Of a stretch of DNA of 64,000 bases, positions 27,386 to 41,363 are shown in pieces (within the stretch, counting starts at the first letter, position 1; the number at the start of each line of letters is the position of its first letter). The DNA is taken from NCBI GenBank assembly GCA_951406725.2, contig OX597821.1:107260001-107324000 (forward strand). Reading direction: 5' to 3'. A model generated the notes under the pieces. It was not told where the DNA came from, did no database searches, and saw nothing but the letters and a program-made list of their open reading frames with translations. Made by a program: the position numbers and the translations under genes. Origin of the DNA: Octopus vulgaris (lineage: Eukaryota).

Positions 27386-27790
27386 AGGCGCAGGAGTGGC
27401 TGTGTGGTAAGTAGCTTGCTAACCAACCACATGGTTCCGGGTTGAGTCCCACTGCGTAGCATCTTGGGCAAGTGTCTTCTGCTATAGCCCCGGGCCGACC
27501 AATGCCTTGTGAGTGGATTTGGTAGACGGAAACTGAAAGAAGCCTGTCGTATATATGTACATATATATGAGTGTGTGTGTATATGTTTGTGTGTCTGTGT
27601 TTGTACCCCTAGCATTGCTTGACAACCGATGCTGGTGTGTTTACGTCCCCGTCACTTAGCGGTTCGGCAAAAGAGACCGGTAGAATAAGTACTGGACTTA
27701 CAAAAAGAATACGTCCCGGGGTCGATTTGCTCGACTAAAGGCGGTGCTCCAGCATGGCCGCAGTCATGACTGAAACAAGTAAAAGAGAGT
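27386..27790 (+). mobile_element. SINE family A
   Basis: Full-length match to 23173-23580. Confidence 0.9.
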
Positions 27791-28020
27791 AACAGAGAGA
27801 GAGAGTAAAGAGATAAGCCAAAAATATCGGTAGAACCAAAGTCTTACAAATCACTGCTGAATTCTTCATTGTCATTCGAGTTAAAAGCCAAAGAATCCGT
27901 TTTCTTCCATGCAAATTTTCTGTATTTATTTGTTTATCTATTTATTTATTTAATAATTTATTTAATTATTTGCCAATTTATTCATATTTTTATTCCTTTA
28001 TCGTTTCATTATAAACAATT

Positions 28021-28395
28021 AGGCGCAGGAGTGGCTGTGTGGTAAGTAGCTTGCTAACCAACCACACGGTTGCGGGTTCAGTCCCACTGCGTGGCATCTT
28101 GGGCAAGTGTCTTCTACTATAGCCTCGGGTCGACCAATGCCTTGTGAGTGGATTTGGTAGACGGAAGCTGAAAGAAGCCTGTCGTATATATGTATATATA
28201 TGTATATGTGTGTGTGTTTGTGTGTCTGTGTTTGTCCCCCTAGCATTGCTTGACAACCGATGCTGGTGTATTTACGTCCCCGTCACTTAGCGGTTCGGCA
28301 AAAAGAGACCGATAGAATAAGTACTAAAAGGTGGTGCTCCAGCATGGCCGCAGTCAAATGACTGAAACAAGTAAAAGAGTAAAAGAGTAAGAGTA
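28021..28395 (+). mobile_element. SINE family A (internal deletion)
   Basis: Match to 23173-23580. Confidence 0.9.
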
Positions 28396-28603
28396 AGATT
28401 CAGATGTAATGTGAAATATGACGTAAGGGGCATAATTCTTAATAACCTTTTCAGAATTATGTCCCTTACATCCTATTTCACCTTATTGATGGTATTTTCA
28501 AATGCAGTTTATTTCGGAGTTTTCTCCCTTAGACTTCTTACTACTTTAAGCCAAAGGGATTTTGGATGCGTTTAGAAAGTATCGGAGAATATCTATGTTG
28601 TTA

Positions 28604-29071
28604 CAGTGATCGCTCGCTACTTCGCAGTTCAACTATCACGGATTCACTACTTCGCGGATTTTAAAAGTATATATATATATGAGCGCCTAAAATTTTTCAT
28701 TAAATCCATTAAAATAGTAATAATTGATATTATTTCCTAGCAAAAAAGCATATACAGGGATATTTGAACTTAAGACGGGCTGTGATTGGTGCAATGGAGA
28801 GAGACGACGAATCACAGCTTTCTATTTTGTAATCTGGCCTGCGTAACAGAAACAATCTTTATTTTTTAAATCTAAAGTGTTATTGCTTAACAGTTGTCCT
28901 TGTTATTAATAGTCAACTGTAATGGGTGGGTTGTTAACAGTACAGGGAGGGTTTTAAAGGTCCAAATACACGTTAAATAACCACTGTAAATATGGTGTTC
29001 CTACTTCGCGGAAATTCAGTTATCGTGGCCGGTCTCGGAACCAATCTACCGCGATAAACGAGGGATCACCG
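28604..29071. mobile_element. Tigger/pogo-like MITE
   Basis: TIRs cagtgatcgctcgctacttcgc / gcgataaacgagggatcaccg flanked by TA. Internal ctacttcgcgga repeats. Confidence 0.75.
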
Positions 29072-29305
29072 TATTAACAGTTATTTATACAAACACGCAT
29101 GCATACAGACATACATGGATACACAGACTGATAGATAAACAAATAGATCGATTCATAGACAGACTGACAGACAGATGGACGGATAGAGGGATGGACGGAC
29201 AGATGGACTGACGAACAGATGGATGGATGGATGGATAGAGAGGGGGATAGAGAGAGAGATAGAGAGAGAGAAAGTGATAGATAGATAGAGAGAGAGAGGG
29301 GGGAG

Positions 29306-29394
<89 letters not shown>

Positions 29395-29999
29395 GGCAGA
29401 CAGACAGACAGACAGATAATCCACCTCGCAAAATTTCACGCCTTGTACCTATACCGTGTAGATGCGGATCCTAGTGGTTTATTGTGTTGCGTTTATGATC
29501 GTAAGATTGTGGTTTCGGTTCCCGGAGAGGGCGACGAGTTGTGTTCTTGTGCAAAACACTTCATTGTACGATGCTCCTGTACACTCAGCTGGCAAACATG
29601 AGCATTCCTGCGACGGCCCGGCGTCCCGTCCAGAGTCTGGGGTGGATACACGAGCTACACAAGCTGGGAAAGTGGTCTTATGAGCCCACGGCTCTGCAGG
29701 GAGCTATGATTTTGTTCATTGTTGGGCTGTTTCGTGCATCATGTAGAAAGACTCGGTGTTGTTGTTGTTGTTAGCTGGTTGATTCGTTAGCGCGCAGGAT
29801 GAAATGCTTGGCGGTATTTCGTTTGCCTCTACGTTGTGAGTTGAAATTCCGCCAAGGTCGATTTTGCCTTTCATCCTTATGTGTGTGCTTATATATGTAT
29901 ATATATATACACACACACACATCAGTACGTTGCTAAGGAATATCTTCGTAATAGGCCACTATTCTCATAAAGATCTGAAATCATATATATATATGTCTA

Positions 30000-31610
30000 G
30001 TGAAAGGAGTAGTTTATAGAGCCAAGGTGCAAGTGGAAGGCTCATCGGAATACAAGATATACACAGGGGCTTCAGAAAATTCATTTAAAACAAGATTTTA
30101 TTCTCATAAAAATTCATTTAAATACCCAGAGAATAGGAAGAAAACCAGCCTAGCAAAATATGTCTGGGAACTAAAAGAAAAGGAAGCCCCACCTTTCAAC
30201 GTGACATGGAGCATTCTGGACAGGGCGGCACCATACAGGCATGGAGCTTACAAAAATAATTTCAAGTGCAGACTTTGTCTATTAGAAAAAATGTACATCT
30301 TATTCAAAGACAATAATTCTTTGAATCAAAGAAGTGAGTTAATGAACTTATGTAGGCACGCGGCTAAATTTAAAATTTCGAATATAAATATACCATATGG
30401 ATAGAGTATATATTTTGTATTTTTGATTTTGATTTTGACTCTTGAACGATGAGCGCTACGATGGATTTTGTTTTTGTTTCCAAGCTATGCGGATCTTAAT
30501 CCGTATAGCAAAGTCTTATGTTTCTACATATATATTAGGAAAAACCTACAAACTTTGTTTTCATGTTATTGTATTGCATAGGATTACCTTGATTATTTAT
30601 ATTACCTTGATTATTTATAAATGACCCAAAATAGGATGTTATATTTTATTTTATATGTCTTTCGTATATATTTTTATTAATGCACCCATTTTTTTTTAAA
30701 AGCAATGTTTTTTTTTAAAAAAGCAATGTTGTCAAAATTAGAATGTTTATATAAGTATGTGTATAGCAAAGCATATGTATTTGTAAGCATGCGTATCTGT
30801 GTATGTGTAAGTGAAAGTATGTTTGTGCTTAAGCACACATATACACGACTGTATGTATATGTATCCATTCAAACTTGTGTATGTATACTGGTCTCTATAT
30901 ATGCCAATAATACCGTTACGCTGCTTGTATACATAATTTTTTCTTATTTCGTTTTTTCCCCACCCCTCCTTCGTTCCTTTTTTCTCTCTCCCTTTCTTTC
31001 GTTCCCCCTCCTTGCTCAGTATATGAGAATTGCTACATAGATGAATTTTAGCTTGCGTGCGAGACGGTTTGCGTGAATATATGTACACATGCTTTTATGT
31101 GTATATTTAGATTTATATTCATACGTCTGTATATGTATGTATGGCGTTTACGCGCATCCTTTTGTGTATGTTGATATATATATGTAGATTTTAATATAAA
31201 TATGTATTGCAGTATTTATAACAGGTTTAATTTCTATGCATTAATTTGCACTGTCTTCATTAACGTCAATAGGTTTTTTCCTCGGATTTTATCATTTTTA
31301 TAAGTTTTTTATATATATATACATATATTTTTGACCTTTTTTATCGCTCGAAGATTGAGTTTTTTCTAAAGGGCCAATCAAACAAGTCCATTTTTTTTTA
31401 AAGGTGTAACGTTTGTAAGAGTATAGATTGAATTGATATATCAGTTCCATTCTAGCAAAAACTGTCTGATGAACGGCAACGAGAAACTCAGAGTAACAGA
31501 TTTTGTTGAATTTTCTGCTGCTTAAAATAAAGCATATTACTCTACCACTGGTATTTGAGTACTCTTTTTTCCACCTTGTTTCACATTTATGTGTTTACTC
31601 CGGTATATAT
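30000..31610 (+). mobile_element. 5'-truncated Penelope-like element: intact GIY-YIG domain (30000-30404), AT-rich 3' region, hammerhead-bearing terminus
   Basis: GVVYRAKV...KIYTGASENSFKTRFYSHKNSF...TSLAKYVWELK...WSIL...CRLCLLEK...LNQRSELMNLCRH, bounded by TA tracts. Joining the domain to the terminus is inference. Confidence 0.8.
31456..31505 (+). ncRNA. Type I minimal hammerhead ribozyme
   Basis: caaaaactgt-CTGATGA-aCG(gcaa)CGa-GAAAC-TC-a-GA-GTA-acagattttg. Canonical core, stem I with one mismatch, GUA cleavage triplet. Decayed relatives at ~59535-59588(-) and ~62919-62958(+). Confidence 0.7.
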
Positions 31611-31616
31611 ATATAT

Positions 31617-32912
31617 ATTGTTATATTTAGGAATGGTCATTTTGCCAGTTTAGCCAATAAAAACACACGCACTATATATTTGGTGTTACTTTGCTTCAGT
31701 GTTATTTATTTTTTACATTAATCTTAATCTTATTTCGGCCAGAGTTCTTTCGTCACACTCCTGTGACCGCATCAGAGGTCCTTTGTTTTCTTCTTTCTTT
31801 TTTGTGTCTCTCCTTACTAACCGTCAGCCATTTTGTATTTCTATTGTATTTATTTAGCGTGTGGGTGGGGATGCCTGTAATATTTGTATCTTCTGTTTAT
31901 ATACGTTCATGTAATTTGTTTTTGTTGTTGTTGTTTTTGTTTATTCTTATTTTGTTCATGTGTTTACATCCACTTATTATTATTATCATTACATATGCTT
32001 GTGTGTATGTATATATAACAATAATACTAGTAATAATAATAAATCCCCAAAAAATCTTTTGAATTAAACAAAACAAAAAAAACTTATATAGTTATTTATT
32101 TCTATCTGTCTATTTATCTGTGTATTTTATTTATTATGTTTTCGGTTTTGTTTATATTGTAACCAGTTTATTGGGATCCTCTACCGTCATATGTTGTGGT
32201 GTGTGCTAGTGTTCCATTCCAGTTTCCTATTCAGGCTAGTTTTATTTTCTATTATGTGTGTAGCTTCTGTAATTTTTCTGATTGTTGCATCTGTTCTATG
32301 TTTTCTTATATTTTTATTTTATTTTATCTAGTTTCAGCTCACGAGCTGTGGCCATGCTGGGGCACCGCCATTTGGTGTTGCTACATGATTTTACTTCACG
32401 AATGCTTTTTAACAATTGCCATTTGGTGCATGAGAGAGTTCGATGCAGCTGCCCTCATCTGCACTTCCTGCTGTGAAGTTGGTTCATCTGGGATACCTGA
32501 CAGGAAGAGATCCAGTTTTATTTTAAAGACATCTGCGTCCACCCCATGCAGGTCTCTCAGGTTCTTCGGGGGGATATTGAAGAGCTGTGTGGGCAATATT
32601 TTAATTTCTATGTTGTTGATTGATTCCCCGTGTTCCTGTTCGTCGTGTTGGTACAGAATCGATGAGCAAATAAAGACATACAATAGAAATACAAAATGGC
32701 TGACGGTTAGTAAGGAGAGACACAAATAAAAAAGAAGAAAACAAAGGACCACTGATGCGGTCACAGGAGTGTAACGAAAGAACTCTGGCCGAAATAAGAT
32801 TAAGATTAATGTAAAAACATAAATAACACTGAAGCAAAGTAACACCAAATATATAGTGCATGTGTTTTTAATGGCTAAACTGGCAAAATGACCATTCCGT
32901 AACACAACAATA
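31617..32912. repeat. Inverted repeat (~235-bp arms: ~31617-31850 / ~32677-32912) with ~820-bp spacer
   Basis: ggaatggtcattttgccagtttagcc...cagccattttgtatttctattgta vs tacaatagaaatacaaaatggctg...ggctaaactggcaaaatgaccattcc. Confidence 0.85.
32340..32597 (-). mobile_element. CR1/L2-type LINE ORF2 C-terminal fragment
   Basis: PTQLFNIPPKNLRDLHGVDADVFKIKLDLFLSGIPDEP...RAAASNSLMHQ. Confidence 0.7.
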
Positions 32913-32985
32913 TCTGTTTCAACACACGACTTCACATAAAAAATCTTGCACAATAAATATATAAACGTATATATATATATATATA

Positions 32986-34099
32986 TTCAAATTATTACAT
33001 TATATAAAATAAATTACTTTGCCGCATACTGAACTCATTAGAAACAGCAGCTAAAAAAACTTTTTCCAATACTTAAAGAAAACCTCTCTCATATAGTGTT
33101 TGCTCAATTCAACTCACAAAAGTATGGGGGTAGAGACATTAAAAAATCAAATGCAAAGGTTATTTGAGAACGTACGTTTCAAGATTAGTCAAAATCGACA
33201 CTTCTATCATCAGCTCAGAACTCCCCGGTTTGGATTTGAAAACACTGAAAGTGGGAGCATACCCTTTCGGCTTGTTATCACTTCTGAAGATCTGCTCAAA
33301 ACTAACAGTGCCAGCAAATTCAAATATGCAAGCGAAGAATTTCTGCTCTCCCCTTTCCACCAGCGTGGAAAGTTTTTTTTAGCTGCTGTTTCTAATGAGT
33401 TCAGTATGCGGCAAAGTAATTTATTTTACTAAGCCCTTTTATATAATGTAATAATTTGAATTCGCCTTAAATGGTCCCTTTGTATACTGAATACTTGGTG
33501 AAATTGATTAATTAATTAATTTTACCCTCAATTGTTGAAATTATAATTCATCTCTCTCTATATAATGCCTCGGATTTTACCGAAAAAAGCATAGTGTTTG
33601 CTGATTTTAACCCACGCTGGTGGAAAGGGGAGAGCAGAAATTCTTCGCTTGCATATTTGAATTTGCTGGCACTGTTAGTTTTGAGCAGATCTTCAGAAGT
33701 GATAACAAGCCGAAAGGGTATGCTCCCACTTTCAGTGTTTTCAAATCCAAACCAGGGAGTTCTGAGCTGATGATAGAAGTGTCGATTTTGACTAATCTTG
33801 AAACGTACGTTCTCAAATAACCTTTGCATTTGATTTTTTAATGTCTCTACCCCCATACTTTTGTGAGTTGAATTGAGCAAACACTATATGAGAGAGGTTT
33901 TCTTTAAGTATTGGAAATAGTTTTTAAAAAGTTTTTTTAGCTGCTGTTTCTAATGAGTTCAGTATGCGGCAAAGTAATTTATTTTACTAAGCCCTTTTAT
34001 ATAATGTAATAATTTGAATTCGCCTTAAATGGTCCCTTTGTATACTGAATACTTGGTGAAATTGATTAATTAATTAATTTTACCCTCAATTGTTGAAAT

Positions 34100-34100
<1 letters not shown>
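32986..34100. mobile_element. Compound inverted + direct repeat element flanked by (TA)n (Penelope pLTR-like architecture)
   Basis: 32986-33368 is the reverse complement of ~33612-34020, and ~33369-33545 is a direct copy of ~33928-34100. This explains the mirrored ORF pairs in the track. Confidence 0.75.
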
Positions 34101-34130
<30 letters not shown>

Positions 34131-34188
34131 GTATGTATGTATATATATATATATATATGTATGTATATGTATATGTATGTATGTATAT

Positions 34189-34243
<55 letters not shown>

Positions 34244-35559
34244 CATAATACATACATATATGTGTGTGCGTGTGTGTCTGTGTGTATGTATGTATATATT
34301 TATACATGTATATATACATATAAATATGTACGTACGTATGTGTGTATGTATATATATATATATGGAGAGAGAGAGAGAGAGATGAGAGGATGAGAGAAAG
34401 ATTAATAACAGCATTCAACAGAATCTAGGCACGTCAATACGTAGGGTGCCAGAAATGGCTAGGTAAAATAACATACGGTTCATAGTGAGATAAAAAATCT
34501 ATGTGATACTATACACATAAACACCAACTCTAATTTAAACCGTAGATCCGGTATATTTTACTGTTCTGTTATTGCTGGGGTCAACAAAAACAGTCCATGG
34601 AGTGAGAGATAAATGTCATTTTATAAACACAGGACTTAAATATGAGACACTATTATTGTGAAAATAGGCATAAATAAAATCCCTTGTTTTTATAAGGAAA
34701 CTTTCAGACTCAAATATGCAAGATCGCAGGTTTTTGAAAAAAAAATTGAAAAAGGCCAAAAAAAAAAGGCCTGAGAGGACACAGGTCTTTAGAAAATAAA
34801 CTGTAAAGGACGAGAGGATAGTCAAAAAGAAAAAAATAGATTGGAAATGGGAAGAGATTTTTTTTTAAATTAAGAGTTGCGTCCCTTTGACCCCTTCGTG
34901 TTAGAATATGATTGCTTTAAATTAATTTAACGGGCAGAAGATCCAAGTGTGTAAAACTGCAGGCTTAATTCTGAGACAGTGATGTTTTCCTGTTCGGCAA
35001 AAGAAACTCGTCCAGATACTTACATTTCATTAAAATTTCAGATTTTGTGTTTTTAGATCTAAACATTATGCGTAATCTTTCAGCTTTTCTGATCGATTAA
35101 TGCATCGCTAGTCGATTAATGAATAATGTGAGTCCTTTCCTCGCTGCTTCACTTGAAGGTGTGTGGTGTACAGTTGGTCTTCAGGTCCGAGATGTGGCTA
35201 GCTAACTTTGTTACTTTCTTTTTCATTCATGTGTCAGTAAGAAGACTTGTGGTCCGCATATCTTTTTTAACATCTATTTCACATACACCAATGTGCATTT
35301 CCTTTCGAGTTGAATTATTTTGGAGCACTAGGATGGCTTTAGGTTCACAGACAACCGAGCTAATTATGCATGCCTGATCAAGTGGGCACGCTTATGGGCC
35401 TCGACAGTTGCAACTTAGAGAGGGCTCCTAGTGTGACTTGCGGGTAGGGGTGATAATATTTTTCATGTTGGAGTAGCAGGTGTATGAAACTCACACTGAA
35501 CATCTGTTAAAAATGTTCTTGTATCTATGCTTATCTTGGAAATGTTTAATATATTAAAG

Positions 35560-36440
35560 CTAGGAATTTTCTCCCTACGGTAATCTTAATGTTCAAAGAG
35601 AAGAGGGACTGGACTATGTAATCTCACAGGCTGCATTTTTAGGTTTCGCATTTTTAATTACAGGATTGTAAGTTATCTTTTCTTCTTCGAAGCCGCTGTT
35701 AGCCAGAGCAATATTATAGTAGAGAGCTTCTTTATTGAGAGATTAGATAACCTATTTCTGATATTAATTTCAATATTTTAACATTATAGTTGGGGTGACA
35801 AGACTGATTATGCGTATACGTAAGGTTTTCATTAGGTTTACGATAGGGCTTCAAAGAGCACAATCTTAGGTATAGGGAAGCATCTAAGAAATTGGCTGTA
35901 GGGACGATGGTGGTTACAGTGATTCTAAGGCCTAACTGACCAAAAATATACATGAGATATTTTTCCTGAATTTATTCAGAATGAGCATCACAAACCTGAG
36001 ATATGGCGAAACCATCGTCACGGTAAACGAATTTCATGGGACGAAACTTGAATCTCAATATGTTTAATATACTGAGAACTTGTCTGCTTGTTTCATGCCC
36101 TTGCTTGATGATATTAAGGTTCTATTATGTCACAAATATTTGCACTTTCATTTGATACCATCTATACCTCACACAATTCATCGTTTCAGATTTCTTGACT
36201 CACGCAGAATCTTCACTGAATAGAAAAGCTTTTGGTGGATGCCTGATAAAGTCAAGGTCCACAGGGTCAATATCGAAGTATTTATTGGTGAACTCAATTT
36301 CTTTATCCATTGAGAATCTCAATATCAAGGAATAAACATCTGTAATATGGAATTGTGTAAATCTAGCTCTATACTTATATTTCATATGCCTAAACCAATC
36401 TATAACAATCCTGTCCATTGCAGTCTCCCTAATTCTATTT
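35560..36440 (-). mobile_element. Decayed Penelope-like reverse transcriptase
   Basis: VIDWFRHMKYKYRARFTQFHITDVYS..., VYRDDGF (~36010-36030) and IFGQLGLRIT...ANFLDASL...KPYRKPNENLTY..QSCHP, in broken frames. Confidence 0.85.
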
Positions 36441-39400
36441 CTTATATTTCTTTGTATGTATTTTTGTGAAGGGTTATAGGACAGCGACCTTGTAGAATTA
36501 TTACTATGCTGAACATAATGCTCAGAAGCATTCCTTCTAACTTTAAGTGCTGAGTTGAAATGCTATCGGGATCGACTTTGCCTATCATCCTTTCAGAGTC
36601 GATAAAAAATACCAGTTGAATATTAGGGTCGATGTAATCGACTTACAGCCGCCCCCAAAATTGTTGGCCCAGTACAAATATTCGTTTTTATCTCTTTTTT
36701 AATGAATTTCAGTCGTCGCTGGGTTTAAAAGGTTATCGGCAGGCTTATTACTAAAATTATGGTTGTGATATTTTAAATTTATGAATGCTTCCCGTTTAGC
36801 CAAGCATTCTAACCTTTCATCAAATTTGATAAGTTTGAGAGAAATCTGGATCTATGAGTGACGATAATCCAGGTGTTTAGAATCCCGGTGAAGGTTTCAA
36901 AAAGTTAATAACGTATCTTTCCGAAGAGAATGCTATGAGATGGCAATATGTATGCACTCGTATACATACTTACACGCATACACCAAGATACACATACTCA
37001 CGTACAAAGCCATACTCACATAGACACACGAACATACAGACATGTGTACATTCATACAGCAATGAACTTGGTTGTGTCGGTGAGTCAAAATTATACTACT
37101 CACGATGTAGAAAGGAGAAAATGAGTGAACGCGAGAAAAATGACACAATGAAAGTTACATAAAGAAGCTAGTTTGTTAATGGTTCAATTTTCTTTGAATT
37201 AGAGTATATTTTTCTGCATCTGGACATTTCTGAAATTAAGGTAGGTTTTAATCTCCTTTAATCACAATAACCTCAGTCTTTCTGCATTATCCATATGCCT
37301 GGTACTCGCTTCCCTGATTAGCTTCTCTAAATGAATATATCCACTACAAACAGAGGTTTACCTCTGCGGATCTGAAGAAAGGCATTTAGTCGCGGGTTAC
37401 CTTTCTTAGGTTTCACTGCTGATATTTTCTCAATATTTTATGATGAATTTTTAATAATTGCTTTAAAGAAGAAAAAGCAAAGTCAGGCGGAATTTAAACC
37501 CAGAACGTTAAAGAGATGGAAGGAATGCTGCTAAGCAACATTTTGTCTGACGCCCTTACGATATCTTTATCGTCTCCCTACGACATCTTTATAATAATTC
37601 TTTTTACTAAGAGCACAATGCCTGAAATTTCCGATGTGGGTGTTTATTTAGATTACTTGTTCAATTGACACTTTATTTTCTCAATCCCGAAGCGATCAAA
37701 GGCAAAGTTGACCTCGGCGGAATTTGAACTGGTTAAAATGCCGCTAAGCATTTTGTCCGACTCATTAATAATTTTGCCGGCTTGCCACTATAATGATAAC
37801 GATTTGTAACATGAACACAATATCTCAAATTTAGGTGAGGAATCTACTGAATTATATCGAGCCTATGAGATAGTGAGTTCGATCCCTGGACGGGGCTGTG
37901 CTGTGTTCTTGAGCAAGACACTTTAATTCATGTTGCTCCAATTCACTCAGCTGTAGAAATGAATTGCGACATCACTGGTGCCAAGCTGTATCGGCCCATT
38001 TGCCTTGCCCTTGGATAACATCAGTGGCATAGAGATTAGGGGAAACTGGTATGCGTTAGCGATTGTTGGTCTTCCACGAATAACCTCGCTCCAACATGTG
38101 CCTTGGAGGAGAACTTTCTAGGTTCAATCCCATGGTCATTCATGACCCAAGGTGGATTTTATCTTTACACAAACGATGCTAAGTTTATTGAGCAGCAAAA
38201 TGTGAAAGACAAAGTCATCCTTGGTGACATTTGAACATAGAAATAGTAATACAATCCTGAACACCATAAGCGTTTCCTTATCATTTTACTGATTCTACCC
38301 TTTCTACCAATCCGGTATTCAATATTTTGAAAGTACCGCCTTACATTAATACACTGAAATGTTCTAAACTTCTTTTCAAACTGATTTTATAACAGTTACA
38401 TCGCAAGATTTTCTCTCATCTTCTCTTATGTTTTTAGTGCCATTAGGGCTGTTATGGGACTTAGGACTCATAAAGCAGGAGCTTATCCCGATTCCCCTTG
38501 GCGTATAAGTGAATAAGATTACAACACTGCCCCACCACATCTAAACAGCATGCAGGACCGTCTGTGGGTTTAGCTTCACAGCTGTTGCTAGAGCCCATTT
38601 GCAGCTGAGTGAACTGGAACAACTTGACTTTGAAATGTAGTGTGTTTTGCTCAAGAACACGATGCACTGCCAGTTCTAGGAATCGAACCACGATCTCACA
38701 ATCATAAGAGCAACCATTAGGCGATGCGCCTTCATGTTTTTTTTGTAGAGCGTAGGGATTTGGGCGTAGAAAAGTAATTCTTGTAAACAGAACGAAAACG
38801 TGACTAAACATGCATTAATAAAGATTTCTTCTTCATTTCTAATAACATCTCTGCCTCTTTATAAGCACATACGAGATGTGTTATGTAATCGAAAACACCG
38901 ATCTCTTGGCTGTATCTTAAGTGCTTTGTTGTTTATCATCTGGATTTAACGTTAAACCATCATCATTCACAGTTTTCTTTGGCAGTTTATGCTAAAAAAA
39001 AAAGTTCAGAAACAGAATAAAGGAATAAAACTGTTGTATTAATATTTCATTCTGTCATTTGGTGGTTATTGCTTTAATAAAAAAAAAAATAATAAGTAGT
39101 AGTCTTATGGTTATCAACATAGTTCAAGACTATGAAAGGCAATATAGGCGAAACATACAATCCAGAGATATTTGTTACGATAAGGCAATGATTTCAAGAA
39201 GAAAAGAAAAGCTTTGTTTATCTTTGAAAGAAATTACTTGATAGCTTTTGTGCTTCTGGTTTGAAGGTTGTTTTCGTTGTTGCTGTTTCCGTTTTGTTTT
39301 GGGGGTTTTTTCCTTATTTTTTTTGTTTTCTTCTTGTTCATATCTGTTTTTTGGGGGTTTTTTTACCTTTGTTTTATAATATATGACAGAAAAATATAGA

Positions 39401-39809
39401 ATATGAAGAATCGCAAACAACCACTCCCTTACACACACACAAGTGCACACATATATGCAAACACACGCACGCACACACACGCACACACGCACACACGCAC
39501 ACACGCAAACACACACACATATATATATTAGAATACAAGTATATCCCTTAGTATAATAGCAAAACGACGAATGGATATATACATGTACAGTATGTATGTA
39601 TGTTTATATGTATGTATGTGTGTGTGTGTGTATATATGTATGTATGTATGTATGTATTTATGTATGTATTTATGTATGTATTTATGTATGCATGTATGTA
39701 TGTATTTATTCACGTGTGTATATATGTATGCACGTGCGTATGTATGCTTATATGTATATACGTTGGTCTGTGTGCGTGTTTGAGTGTATGTATGACATTT
39801 ATGTATGTA

Positions 39810-39897
<88 letters not shown>

Positions 39898-40574
39898 TGT
39901 TAGCAATGTTGATGTTATCTTGAAGGTCGTTCATTGTATTCTTACAAAACAATATCAAACAGAAAAAAGGACTTTACAAGTAGGCAAGGCTTTATAAACA
40001 GAACCTGCAGCAGAAACAGAAAATGTCTATGCAATCTGGAAAGAACTTACCTTTGAGCATTTACATTTTAAACATTTCAGAAAGAAAAAGCTATTATCTT
40101 ACTTTCTTTGACAACAACATTGCGTAGCGATCGAAAGTTGTTTAGAAATTCTAAGGGGACCGTTTACCAGAAATAACATAAAAAGGTCAAGTCGAATGTG
40201 CTGGTTGCCTTTTCATTTAATTACAGTGTGATAGCTTTATTTATTTTCGCTTCGTAGTTGTGCAGTGATGAATTTAGCTTGCAACTACCAGGTTTCGAGT
40301 TCTGATTCATGGCACGGCAATTTGGGCAATTGTATTGTAGTGTAGTCTAGAACCGACCAATGTCTTGTAAATGAATTTCATTGATGGAAAATGAAGAAGC
40401 CCTTCGTATATGTATGTATCTGTTGTGTGTAAGTATATGTGTGTATGTGTTGTGTATGTGTGTGTGTGGGGTTGTTGATGAATGAGCAAGAACTCCCGAA
40501 ATATGGCACATACTCCCAGTTACCCAGTTTTATATATACGCAGGAATGTTATATGGGAAGAAATGTGCTTTCTA

Positions 40575-40704
40575 GTCGCATAGTTCAAGGTTCAGTCCCA
40601 TTGCATGACACCTCGGACAAGTGTCTTCTACTATAGCCTCGGGCGGACTAAAGCCTTGTGTGTGGATTTGGTAGACGGAAACTGAAAGAACCCCGTCGTA
40701 TGTA

Positions 40705-40784
<80 letters not shown>

Positions 40785-40926
40785 TAGATATAGATATAGA
40801 TATAGATATATGTATATGTATATATATGTATATATATATACATATATATATGTAAACATATATATGTATATCTATATGTATGTATATATATATGTATGTG
40901 GATATATATGTATGTATTTATGTATA

Positions 40927-40972
<46 letters not shown>

Positions 40973-41017
40973 TAGATATATATGTATATATACACATATA
41001 CATATATACATATATAC

Positions 41018-41078
<61 letters not shown>

Positions 41079-41200
41079 GGATGAGTCTGTGTGTCTATAT
41101 TTGTCCCTCCATCACTGTTTGACAACCGGTGTTGGTATGTTTACGTCTCCGTAATCTAGTGGTTCGACATGAAAGACTGATAGGATAAGCATTAGGCTTA
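40575..41200 (+). mobile_element. SINE family A with expanded internal microsatellite
   Basis: Head ggttcagtccca...gaaactgaaagaa, ~400 bp of TA/GATA repeats, tail ttgacaaccggtgttggtatgtttacgtc. Confidence 0.75.
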
Positions 41201-41363
41201 AAAAATAATTTGTAGAACTCTTAGAACTTCGGATAATGCGTCACATGGTTTTGTTCAGGGTTTTTGGCATTCCGAGTTCTAGGAAGAACATATTAATTAA
41301 ACACTGTTCTACTTTCACCCACATAAAAACGTTGAGCTGTCTTAAGGTATGTGCAGACTAGGC

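Noticed and set aside
33100-33880. Apparent duplicated 110-aa genes on opposite strands
   Set aside because: Mirror products of an inverted repeat, with non-ATG starts and no recognisable domain.
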